DNA from: Felis catus
Taxonomy: Eukaryota
DNA: 64,000 nt
Assembly (NCBI RefSeq): GCF_018350175.1
Contig: NC_058368.1
Coordinates: forward strand, 20,090,001-20,154,000
Direction of reading: 5' to 3'
The notes beneath the pieces were generated by a model. It saw nothing but the letters and a program-made list of their open reading frames with translations, was not told where the DNA came from and made no database searches. A program made the translations under genes and the position numbers. Of this stretch, positions 1 through 12,700 are shown one piece after another; position 1 is the stretch's first letter, and every line of letters starts with the position of its first letter.

Positions 1-525
1 AGTGACAAAATTTACTTTTATGCAGGTGCTTTGGCGAATGTATGTTTTGTCACAAATAGAGCATAATTAAAATTATTAACTGGAGATGTTTGAGGCTGCT
101 GTGGTGTAATAGAAAAAGCAGTGACTTGGACCCAGGTGGCCAAATCACTTACTCTCTGCAAGACATTGTTTTAATCTAGAAAACAGGAATAATAAGATAC
201 TTGTGATAGGCTTGTTTTAATGATTAAATGAAATGATTTATTTGGAAGCAGTCCAGCACTTGGTGGTCAGTTGAATGGAAATCTGGAAAGCATTACAGTA
301 ACAGATTTTTTTCAATCGAGGTCTTTAGAGTAAAAACTTAGGAGAATGAAGTAACTATGTCTCATGTGCTTATTTTAGCTGTATCTGTATAAGCTTTTGT
401 TCTTGAGCTTGTTTTTTGAGTGATAGGAGACTCGTGATACATAGTTTTAATATACGTGTAATTAATGTGGCCTTTTGAGAAAAACATCATGTGGAAATCT
501 TACCTTTTTCCCCCCTTATTTTCAG

Positions 526-709
526 CTTCATTTACCTCTTAATTCTCCTTTGCCTGGAAGTGAATTGACCAAGGAACCTTTTCGTTGGGATCAGAGACTC
601 TTTGCACTAGTGTTGCGGTTGCCTGGCACCATGTCAGTAGAATCAGAACAGTTGACAGGTGTGCCTTTAGATGACTCTGCGATCACACCAATGTGTGAAG
701 TGACAGGCG
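526..709 (+). CDS. INTS6: INTS6 exon 5 (184 nt), end of the VWA domain
   Basis: ttttcag|CTTCAT ... GGCG|gtaagt; [11 protein letters not shown]...PMCEVTG. Confidence 0.96.
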
Positions 710-3700
710 GTAAGTTTTTCTCCTGGCAGTAATCCAGTGAGTTAAGGCAGAGTTTGAATGTTTTAAAATGCACATTTCAAAAACTCCATGTTGTCGTTCA
801 ACACGCTAATGGTAGGAATTAGTAGACCTACATGGTTTTAAAAATCCATTGATGAATGTCTGCGATCTGATTTGAATGGGGTTTAATACTGTTGGATCTG
901 AAATGAGTGGTCTTTTTCTCTACCCATATAGAAAGTGCTGGTATTTGAAGTTGTTAAACTTTTTTTCTTCTCTATAAAGATTACCAGTATTTACAAGTGT
1001 GGCAGAATTATTTTCTGTGAAAAATGCAGAGAATTTTGAGAATCATCTCATCAACCATATAATGATCAATGCCTGGTTAAGTGCTGTTTTCCCTAGAGGC
1101 AAAGAGAAAGCTGGATAGCAGGTTAGAGGACCAGGTAGCGAGGTCTTACCCATCTGGTCCCTGTGTTAAGTGAACAGTAATGATACTCTTGAAAGAAAAT
1201 ATGTAACAGACTCACAACTTCTGTAATGTGGAATTGGTCAGCAGGTGGGTTAAATTCATACCGATAGGTATTGAGTGTCTACTGTGTATGAAACACTATC
1301 TTATGCTTTCAGACTTCAGTAGTGAGTATGACAGGCAACGGTATTCTTGCTTTCATGGAGCATTTTAGTTCTCACCTAAGGAATTTGATACTAAAATGTC
1401 CAGGTCTGGCATACCACTATTTCACCTGTGTCAGAGGCCTGTGACATTATTAGTCTCCAGACACAGTCATAGCCAGCTGTATCAGTTTAAAGGAAAATAT
1501 GAGATTTAATTAACATTTTAGGTACCTTTCTTCAATTCTGTGGGGAGTTTGGAAATCTGCAAAATTCACAGACAAAACAGGTACCCTACACAGATATGTA
1601 AAGTAGATAATTAGGAAGTTGTTTCCACATTATTAAATGTTCTTATTTATAGAAGTACTTTCTGGTGAACTCTTATAATTCTTTCAGTTTAATTTATATT
1701 AAAGAAAAAGTTATATACATACATCTTAAAGGGAAAACCTGTCTATCGAAATGTGAAAATTCACTGCTAACAATTCCTTGTGCATGAATAATATTTTTTC
1801 AGTGACAGCCCCAATTGTTCTATGGGTAGATTCACATTTGTATTCAGAAAAGTTTAGTTTTTAGCCTTGAACTGACTTACTTGCTAAAATCCTGATACAT
1901 CTCTCTATCTCTCTATCTATCTATCTATCTATCTACCTCTATATCTCTATACATAGATAGGTAGATAGATAATATAATTTTTTTTTTTAGTTCTAGTTTT
2001 TAATTAACAGATTGAAGTCCTTGAAGCTGTAATTAACACTTTTGCATTGGAACATTTTTTACTATATATTATTTACTCAGAATTAGGATAAAGTTATGGG
2101 ACTATATGTACTGTAACTTTGGTCTTCTAGAATCAAGAATATTCAGAGTGTGAAATGAAGTGAGTGGTATAAGCAGAGAGGGTCTGCAGTGAACCTGAGA
2201 GATCATGTAGTGGTTAATATCCTTGCCTTTGGCAGTAATGTACTAAAGCTATTCTGCTTTTTCTTTGAAAGGAACATCTCCAGATGAAGTCACCCTTGGT
2301 AATATCTTTCAGTGACCCAGAAACCTTGGTCAGGAAAAGCTTCCCCAAATACATATCCTCAGTGTCTCCTGATGTAGTGGTTTATTTGCCTCTTTTCATG
2401 CTCTTGCTAGAGCAATAATGAGAAGCTGCTCAAATGCCACTCACCTTTTCATAGATCTGAATAATATGTATTCCTTTTTTATTATTTTAAAACGAAAGTT
2501 TTACTAACGAAAGTTTTGAGGATAAAGCACTAGAAAAGTAGAAAGAACAGAAAAGTTAAACCCACTAGTATTGCACTATCCGGGTATATAATCACTACTA
2601 ACAATTCCTGTGCATTTTTAAACTTAATGGTAAGAGTAGTGTATGTTCATTTGTTTTGCCTTCGTAGAATAATTCTTGTTTACTAAGGAAAAGTTGGAAA
2701 GAAATGTGCCTGTGTTGCCAAAATCATTAGTATTTTGTTATGTTTTCTATGTGTACTTTAAAAAAATTATATAATTGTCATTGTAAGCAATTTTCTTTTA
2801 TTATCAGCTAATGAATGAGTATCCACTCTATATAACTGTTCTTGGTGCTGGAAATACAGCAGGAACAATAATAAGCAAAGGTTACTTTTTTGGACTGTGT
2901 GATAGATAAAATCATAAAATGAATAAACACTATTGGAGAGTGCTACTTACTATGAAGAATATGTAGGGTAAGGGTGTAGAGAATAACTTGAGGCAGAGAA
3001 TGAGTGTTCTTAGAAGGTCTTTTGAGGAGGTGACTTTTTTTTTTAAGCCATAAACCTAAAAGATATGCTTACCCCTCCTAGTTTGAATCAATTTAATATA
3101 TTAGTTATCCTCGGAGATTATTATACTTGTTTAAAGAAATAAAACATTTATTTATTTTTTTAAAGAGATTTTTTTTTTTAACGTTTATTTATTATTGAGA
3201 GACAGAGAGACATGGAGCATGAGCAGGGGAGGGGCAGAGAGAGGGGGAGACACAGAATCCGAAGCAGGCTCCAGGCTCCGAGCTGTCAGCGCAGAGCCCG
3301 ATGCGGGGCTCGAACTCACGGCCTGTGAGATCATGACTTGAGCTGAAGTCAGTTGCCCAACCAACTGAGCCACCCAGGTGCCCCAACAACATTTATTTTA
3401 TAAATTACATTTGTATATCTCTAACCTTAAAGGTAAAGCCGCTTGTTTTAATAGGGATTAAATCAATCTTAGTTGTGTCTTAAAAATATTAATCTCTCTA
3501 AAATTATTGTTACAGCATGTTCACTGAATCTTTATTGAGGTAGAACTGACCTACAGCATATTAGTTTCAGGTATATAGCATAATGATTTGATATTTTATA
3601 TATCGTAAAATGATCCCTCACAGTAAGTCTACTTAACATTCGAGCAAAGATCTGAATAATGGAGTAAACCATACAGAGAGATGTAGTAAGGGAAGGAACA

Positions 3701-6700
3701 CACTCTGTATTTTGGTGAGCGGCAGGAAGGCTGATGTGAAGTAGAGAGTAAACAGGTGGGTTTAGGGCAGTAGGCAAAGGACAAATATCGAATAACCTTT
3801 TAGGCTATAATAAATATTGTTTATTTCCAAATATGACGAGAAGCACTGGGGGCTTTTTATATAGGAGGTGACATCTGATTTCTTTATCTGAAAGATCACT
3901 TCAGCTGTTGGATGAGAATATAGCGTAAAGTGGCAAGAATAGAAACAGAGAGGCTGGTTAAGAGATGACAGTACTTTGGTCTAAAGTGCTGGGTTTGTGG
4001 GTGGTGAGAGGTGGTCTGATGCAAAGGGGAACTAAGGATGAAGTCAGTGAGGGAAGAATGAATCAAGGATGACCTGAATATTGGAGGTAAATGGCTATGA
4101 CATGGACTGAGGTGGCACACCAGGGAGAAGCAGGCTTGGAGGCGGTACAGGGCTATCAAGTCAAAAAATGCTCAATGGAGATGATGGTAGAAGCATTTTA
4201 CAAAAATTGTGTAAGATTGTAGAGTAAATCAGTTTAACTTTCTTAGCCTCTACAAGGACTGTTGCTCAACTTACTGGAAATATTCTTTTTATCTCTTTTC
4301 CATTTGACTAAAATGCTGGTGTAGTAGGCTTCTGTGGGAGAATATTTTTTTTCACTTTTGCCTTTAGACTCACTTTATTTAGTTTGATGTTTTTGTGGAC
4401 TCTACACAACAATAAGTGAGCCAGCTTCTTGACTGTGAGGTATGTGCTTGTCTCACAAACATAAGCAGTGATCCTAGAAACTTATTGCTTCAATACAAAG
4501 GGTCGTACAGTACAAGAGATGAGTTTTGATCTAGAGAATAAAAGAAATATTACATAGGATATAGGCTTACTTTGTAAAGATGCCAAAATTTCCTGTTTCC
4601 TCTTTAACTTTCAAAGGAATTAATGGATTTTATTACTTGCCAGGAAACTTAAGTTTATTAGCTTTTTCTTTAATTTCAATAAAGTATCTTTGTAATTCTA
4701 TTTTATACTAAGATTATAACTCATTTACTCATATTTTTCTAATCAACCGATGATGACACAGGTTAGAAGAGCAGAGAGAATTGCTACAATTACACTTTGG
4801 AAACTTTTGTTTTTTTTATGACTTCTTAGGAATATGCTTAAATTTAATGAAATAAGATATTCAGCCTTTATATAATCTTCTAAATACTTTGTGTATTAAA
4901 ATGATCAGCCTTTCTATATATTGCTTTATATATGTTTGACTCAAAAATATTTTAATCTGCCAATTCTTTCAAATAAGTGTGGTTCCATTTAGGCATTCTT
5001 TTTAAAATACTAATTTCAAATTAACATCATGATTTCCAGGGAAAAGAGTATACCCAGATTAAAGTTTCTAATAACCTGTAAGGGTTTGACTCTTGGCTGT
5101 ACTGCTGTTATTAATTTGGATAAATTAACCTCTCTGTACTTTAGTTTTCTCACTTATAAAATGAAGAAAGTAACCCATACAGTTGTGGTTAGGATTAAAT
5201 AAATTAATATGATAAAGTAAGTAGAATAGTGCCAGGCATGTAGACACTCAGTAATTGGTAGGTATTTTTATGATTACGTCTATTATTATTGCATACAGGT
5301 AAGTTGTTTGTTATATGATACTTGTTTTTCTAAGTAGAGCTGACTCTGAGGATTTGAATCCTACTACTGCCTAATGTTTTCTTTTCTGAGTAGCCTTTCG
5401 CAAATCACATGTTAAGTATAAACTGATATGAGTAATTTGATAGGTCAAATATAATCATATAACTGTATTTGGAAATAATTGATGGAATCAGAAAAAAGAG
5501 TAGGACTGTTTTCATAGTGAGCTTATTGCAGATAACATTGTAAGATGTTTGAAGGTTTTCAGCATTGGTTTGGATCAACACCTATGAGAGAAATATGATA
5601 CAAGTTACATATGTAATCATAAATATTATAGTGGTCACTTAAAAGGTGAAATTAATTTTAATATCTTTTAAGTCAATAAATAAAAATATTTCAACATGAA
5701 AATGATATTTAAAAATTATTGAAATAGTTTACATTTTTCCTATTAACTTAACAAAATCAGGTGTATATTTTATGGTTAGTATACATCTAAATTTGGACTA
5801 GTCATATTTCAAGTTCTCAGTAGCCATATGTGGCTGATGATTACAGTATGGGATAACACAGCTCTAGATATATTTATTGAAAATCCTTGTTTAAGAGATC
5901 TTTTCACTAGTATTTTGTCTTAACCACTAGCATTTTAAATGCTTTGTACTAAAAATCCTATAGGTTGAAATATACAAAAGGGAAATTCATTGAAGATAGG
6001 TTAATTCCCAACTACGCAAACCAGATGAAATTCAGAAAAGCCCATGCTACCATCTATTTGTTAAAGTGCAAATGTTTAAAATATGCACTAATTTCCATCA
6101 GACCAATTAAATAATTATTGATTATCTGCCACGTGCTTAGCATTAATCTTAGTGATAATATTTTTGTTGAGCAGGAGTAAGATTTTGAAGGTTAGTTATT
6201 AGATGTTGTGTATGTGTATGAAAGATAAATTGGTAACAGTTGGGAGATAATTTTATAAATGCATTTTAAGTTATATCTTATATGCATATATACTACATAT
6301 ATAAGTATATAATGCGATTTTTTTCATTGTTGTTTGTTCAGACCAAATTTCTATTTTCTGTATACCTATATTTAGAAGAAAAAGTTTACATACTCTCATA
6401 AAATGGAATTGTTGGTTGATTAAAAATAACTAGTTTTCTTCATTTTTCCATAAGATCATGAAACAAAGTCAAACTTTACCATTGAACTTTTGTTAATAGT
6501 ATCAGAAACCTCACTATGGTTCTGTCTTGCTGAAGGTAGAAATTTCTGCAACTAACTTTATTCTTTTTATCTCAGGCCGTTCATACTCTGTATGTTCTCC
6601 AAGAATGCTTAATCAATGTCTGGAGTCCTTGGTACAGAAAGTGCAAAGTGGGGTGGTAATAAACTTTGAAAAAGCAGGACCAGATCCTTCCCCCGTAGAA

Positions 6701-9700
6701 GGTATTATTATACTTTTCTTACAGACATTCTAAATTTCATCATTGAACTAGAACTGAAAAATTACCATGATTTGGCTTTAAGATGGACATGGTCAAATTG
6801 TTGAGATGACAAAATGGCTATTGGTAAAGAGGGAAAATTAAACAGGAAAGTCAAGGTGAACTGCTAGTGGTTCAGTAGCATCACTTTTTTATATTGATTG
6901 TTGATAGCCTGAAATTTTTTTAGGAGTCGAAAACCTTATTAACTATTTGCAGATTAGCCACCTTATATTTCGTTTTTAGGAAAAAGTGTGCCACTTTGCT
7001 TCTCCCCAGCATATATGCTTCTCCTGTGTCCCATAATTCACAAGAGTGTTCAATCCTAGGTGTTTATTTCCTTAGCTGCATTTTGTAAGGATCAAACTGG
7101 TCAGAAACAAATAAATGGTTTGTGTGGTTACAAAAATGAGAAACTAGCCTTTGCCATTAAGCTGGACTCTATTAACTCTAGTTAAGCCCCACCTGACTTT
7201 ATTTTAATATTCTGTTATCATGAACTATTTCTATTAGCTAGAGGGCATAAGGGGTTACACTAGAACCAACGGACAGCTTATATCTGGGACCCTCTATGTA
7301 GTATGGCATTGTTTAGAACAAGAATTAGAAAGTCATTAATGACACCTGGCAGAGGTTGTCCACTACAGTGGGTAACTGGGAGAAGAGAAAAGTCATAAAG
7401 ATAAAAAAAATGGGTACTCTCAGAGGAGGATTATAGGGAAGGAGCAGAAGATGGTAAGATTATAGAAATTATGTCACTGTCTCTGGTTTAAATAAGCTTT
7501 TTCTTTAATTGAATTCTTAGACATGGAATGTATTTTTGAGTTATTTTAATATTTGGCTTAGAGTTAGGCACCAAGTAAATGTTTATTGAACTGTTGAAGA
7601 CAGTTGCTATTTTGCTAGAATAAGTTTAGATTAAAGGTAGGTGCTTTGTATCTGGATTTGCATATTAAATTTTTTTAGTTAAATGGGCTTTAGTTAAAAT
7701 GATTTGAAAGAAATATTCATTTAGCAGTATTTACCTAGCATTTACTAAGCTAAGAATGATGATGAAGAGATTGGGTGTTTGCCCTTATCATCTGGTAGGG
7801 AAACCTATCATTCATTAAACAAGTATTTACCATAAAGGAGGTTTTACATATTCTGACTCGGCAAGCAAAGGATACTGTGGGACCTCCTTTTCAAATGTTG
7901 AACTCATAGTTGGAATTTGCAGAATTTACTCTCTCATGATTTTAATATAAATGTTAAGTAGTCATGATAGTAGAACCATTCAAGAAAAATGAGAAAACTC
8001 AGACATTTTCATTAAGCAGCGTAACAGTGGATATAATTTAACTTTTTTGTTTTTTTCCTTATTGACATATGCTTTCTTTGTCTTCATTTCTTTGCTACAG
8101 ATGGGCAGCCAGATATATCAAGGCCTTTTGGATCACAGCCCTGGCATAGCTGTCACAAACTCATATATGTGAGACCAAATCCTAAAACTGGGGTTCCTAT
8201 AGGTCATTGGCCCGTTCCAGAATCTTTTTGGCCAGATCAGAATTCTCCAACACTAGTAAGTACCTGAGAGACTGTGCCTTTGTAATAGTAACCATTTAAC
8301 TGCTCTTTTTTTTTTTTTTAAGATTTTTCATTTTGAGAGAGAGAGAGAGAACACATGTGTGGCGGGGGGGAGGGGGGAGGGGGTGGCAGGCAGAGAGAGA
8401 AGGAGACTGAGAATCCCAAGCAGGCTCCGTGCTGTCAGCGCAGAACCAGATGTGGGGCTCGAACTCCTGAACTGTGAGATCATGACCTGAGCTGTAGTCA
8501 GATGCTTATTAACCCACTGAGCCACCCAGGTGCTGCTTAACTGCTTTTCATGCTAGTTTTAAGAACTGCTATCAAAGGTGTGGCTAATTTATTGGAATTA
8601 GACAATGTTCAAAGTGCTATGGTAAGCTGTTACTTGATTTAGTACACTGTATTGTTATGAAGTAGTAGGAAAAAAAGGTGTCTGTTTTCTTTAGAATCTA
8701 ATACTATGCTTATGTTTTTATGATTGGCATCTGGATGCAAAATCATAGATGGAACAAGAGTTTCTCTTTGATCTCTAAATATAATATAATGTGAGGGTTT
8801 GTCTCTAGGACACAATTTAGAATTTAAATGAAAGTTTAGAAAATAGTTCCAGTTGTTTGTTTGTAATCTTTTAGGACGTAGTCTTGGAAATTCATGTAGA
8901 CTTTCATGGTTTTAGGTTATGTTCAGTGTTCTCATTCAGAAGTTTAAGGTAGAAATGACTTTCTAGTCTTGTTTACATGAATTATTTTTAGAAACAGTGG
9001 GGCTTCTTGAATGATCATTGTGAATTATCAGTATTCACTATATGGTTCTTATAGTGATAGGATAACCTTATGTAAATTAATATCTATTCGGTGTTGTTAA
9101 TACACTGTTTTTTCAGATCAACATTTTTTTCTGGTATCTGAAGGTTTATAGGATACTATGTGGGAGAACATGACAGTAGTTCTTTGCTATTACCCTTAGA
9201 AGATAGGAACTGTATTTCAAAGATCATGAAGCAGTTTGAACAATGTTTCATGCAGTTATCCTATATGAATTAAACTGAACCCTTTCTGAAACCTTTATAC
9301 TTCATTATTTTTATTTTAATTCTAGTTAACATACAGTGTTATATTAGTTTCAGGTGTGCAATATGGTGAGTCGGCACCTCCATACATCACCCTGTGCTCA
9401 TCACAGTGCTCTATCACCTATTTCACCCATCCCCTGCCGACCTCCCCTTGTAACCATCAGTAATTGAGAGTGCTTCTTGATTTGTCTCTCTTATTTTTTT
9501 CCTTTTGCTTCTGTGTTTTGTTTCTTAAGTTACACATGAGTGAAATCATACGGTATTTTGTCTCCCTCTGATTTATTTTGCTTAGCATAATATTCTCTAA
9601 TTCCATTCATGTTGTTGCAAATGGCAAGATTTCATTATTTTTATGGCTGAATAATATTCCATTGTATTTATATACCACATCTTCTTTATCCATTCATCTA

Positions 9701-12700
9701 TCGATGGACACTTGGGCTGCTTCCATATTTTGGCTGTTGTTGATAATGATGTTGCACTGGGGTGCATGTTTCCCTTCGAATCCGTATTTTTGTGTCCTTA
9801 GGGTAAATACCTAGTAGTGCAATTGCTGGATTGTAGGGTAGTTCTAGTTTTCACTTTCAGAGGAACCTCCGTACTGTTTTCTACAGTGACTGTACCAGTT
9901 TGCATTCCCACCAAGAGTGCACAAGTTGAAACCTTTATACTTTAAACCTATATCAACTCTTCAGGGTACTTTTTACTTTTACTCTATACAGGTCTATAAA
10001 GTGATATTTCCTTTATTTAGTAGGGATTTAATGAAGTAATACATGAAATTAAGGCTTTATAAATTTTAGTGAAGTATCTTCTTTATTCCTTTCCTTGTTC
10101 TGATTGAATCGTCATAGTTTTAAAATCTGGCCTTTATAGATAAACTCTTAATTTCTTTTGTCATTTTACTTTCCCTTTGGGTGTCCATTCAACTTTCATA
10201 GAACAGATACTGTGTTTGTGTCAAATATTGCCTTGTTGGTTATTCATTCTATTGTGTATATGTGTAGTACTTGTTAAGTCCTAATAGAAGGAAATCCAAA
10301 ACTAGTGTCACAAGCATAATCTATTAATACTGCTCTAATGGCCTATTGCAAATTGTTAGAGGATTTTTAAGTGTGGGTAGGATTTCAGTTGGGGAGGAAA
10401 CAATATGGAGAAAAAGTATGGAAGTAAAAAAAGAACAAGGTGTATTTAGAGGAATGAGAAATAGCAGAGTATAGGTGGGTCACACCATGTATGTAGGACA
10501 TTGAGAATACTATTAAATAAACCAAAGTATTCACGACTTTAAATGCATGGTTAAGGAATTTGAGCTTTTCTCATTGGGGTTCACAGAATAAGTGAAGATG
10601 TTTTTAACAGAGTAATGCTGTAGGAAATTTAATCTGGTGGTTGTCATATGCAGCAATATTAGGAGATGAGTTGGAAAGAAAGCAGGTTATCTAGAGGGCT
10701 ATTGCTGTGATTCACGTAAGAAATGTTGAGAGTTTGAATTAAGATGATGGAAGAGAGAATCATAAAGAGACAATATTGGAAAGCACTGGCAAGATTTAGT
10801 ACTGTAGGATATATTAGTGGGGAAATGAAATTTTTATAAATAATAGTATTCAAATAAGATACAATGATACTGAAATTAAATGTGAGTTTTAGCAACTGGT
10901 TCTGAATTTTTATTTTTTGTTTTGTTTAAATAGATTTTTTTCATTTTTTTATTTTTATGTTTTGAAAGATACCTACCTTTTTTTTAGGTTCATTTATTTA
11001 TTTTGAGAGAGAGGCAGTGGGGGCAGGAGAGGGCAGAAAGAGAAGGAGAGAGAGGGAGAGAGTCCCAAGCAGGCTCCGCATTGTCAGCACAGAGGCTAAT
11101 TCGAGGCTCAAACCCACAAACTGTGAGATCATGCATGACATGAGCTGAAACCAAGAGTCTGACTGAGCTACCCAGGTGCCTCTAAGTAGATGTTTTTTAA
11201 TGTTCATTTATTTATTTTGAGAGAGAGGGAGAGAATCCCAGGCAGACTCTGCACTGTCACTGCAGCCCAGAGTAGGACTGGAACTCACAAACGGTGAGAT
11301 CACAACCAGAGCCAGAATCAAGGGTCTGTCACTTAACTGACCGAGCCACCCAGCCACCCCTGGTTCTGAATTGAAATCATGGTTCCACGAGTTATTAGCT
11401 GTGAGTATGGTCTGTTATCTTCTCTAAGCCTCAATTTCCTGTCTGTTAAATGGAGATAATAGCTCCTATCTCATGGGATTGTTTTGGGGATTAAATGAAG
11501 TAATAAATGCAAAATTTTCTTTGTCACGTTCTGGAAGACACCCTCTCTCACCAACACACATTGTTGCTCTTGGATCTCAATATTTTAATCCAAAAAGATA
11601 AGTGAGTTTCATGGACTGATTCAGTAAGATATGTGTCAGTTACATGCAAGATACAGGAGCACAGTATGAGTAAAATGATGGTGCTTACCTTCTAAAACGA
11701 TGGCATCTTACCATTCCATAGGAAGGTCAGACTCGTAACTGTAAACACAGTACACTACAGTGCTCTAACTGTGCTAGAGGCATGGAGCAGAGCCGAGAGG
11801 AGGTGATGCCTAAATGCCTGGTGTGTCCTGGGGGTGTAGGGCAAGAAAGGGTGTCAGGGAGAAAATCTCTGAGACATTTTACTTGCCAGTTCAGACTTCA
11901 AGACTTAGTTTGTTTGCCAGTATGCAAGGAAGAAAATAATAAAGCTGCCAGGGATGACATGAAAGCAGGAGTGTGAAAAGATGATGATCTACTTGCGTAA
12001 CTTGCAAGTCGTTTGGCATGGCTGGAGCGTGGGGTGTACACGGTGTGCGGTGGTTGAAGGCAGATGGGGACCGGATCATCAAGGCTCTTTGTATCTGATG
12101 TTTAGAGAAAAGAGTCTGGGTCCTATTTTTAGGTGATTAGCTTGCTACTTTTACCAAATAATTGCAGATAGGGAAATGACATGATCATATTTATATTTTG
12201 TGGCTATGGGATTGATTGGAGGGAGCTAATTAGGGCCATTAAAAATAAGTAGTTGTACTAGTCTAGTCTGAGAAATGATGATGGCATAAATTAGAATACT
12301 AAGAAATAAAAGATAAATTTCTAGAGAGTGAGAATTTAGTACTGACAGAGGGCAGTAACTAAATACTGAGCACCTGCCAAGTTGATGTGTTCTGCCTGGT
12401 GGTTTAGAATTTGCGGGATTTTATCTAGGCTTTTGTGATAGTTAAATATGGAGGATAAAGAGATGTTAAGGATAACCAACCCCTAGGTTTTTAGAACAGG
12501 TTTTGTAGCTTAGGGGAGAAGTAACGAATTGCATAATAATGTATTTGAAGGACTTCTGTCTAGTAGGCAGTTGGAACATAAGAGAGGTGAGAGAGATCTG
12601 GTCCCAACACGGTGGATTGGGAGCCACCAGGGCGTAGGTAGTAATGGAGTAATAAGAGTCTTTCATACTGTGAAATTTCAGGTTATTTCTTCAGAGCTTA

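Noticed and set aside
850..870. TGATGA...CTGA as a C/D-box snoRNA (also a C-box-like motif near 4750)
   Set aside because: The boxes are only 11 nt apart, or no D box and terminal stem are found at a suitable distance.
3185..3392. Recurring MAQ.V...TSAQVMIS ORFs (also 8328, 10998, 30749, 55741)
   Set aside because: Translations of the Can-SINE consensus, not a gene family; the tRNA-like heads are not tRNA genes.
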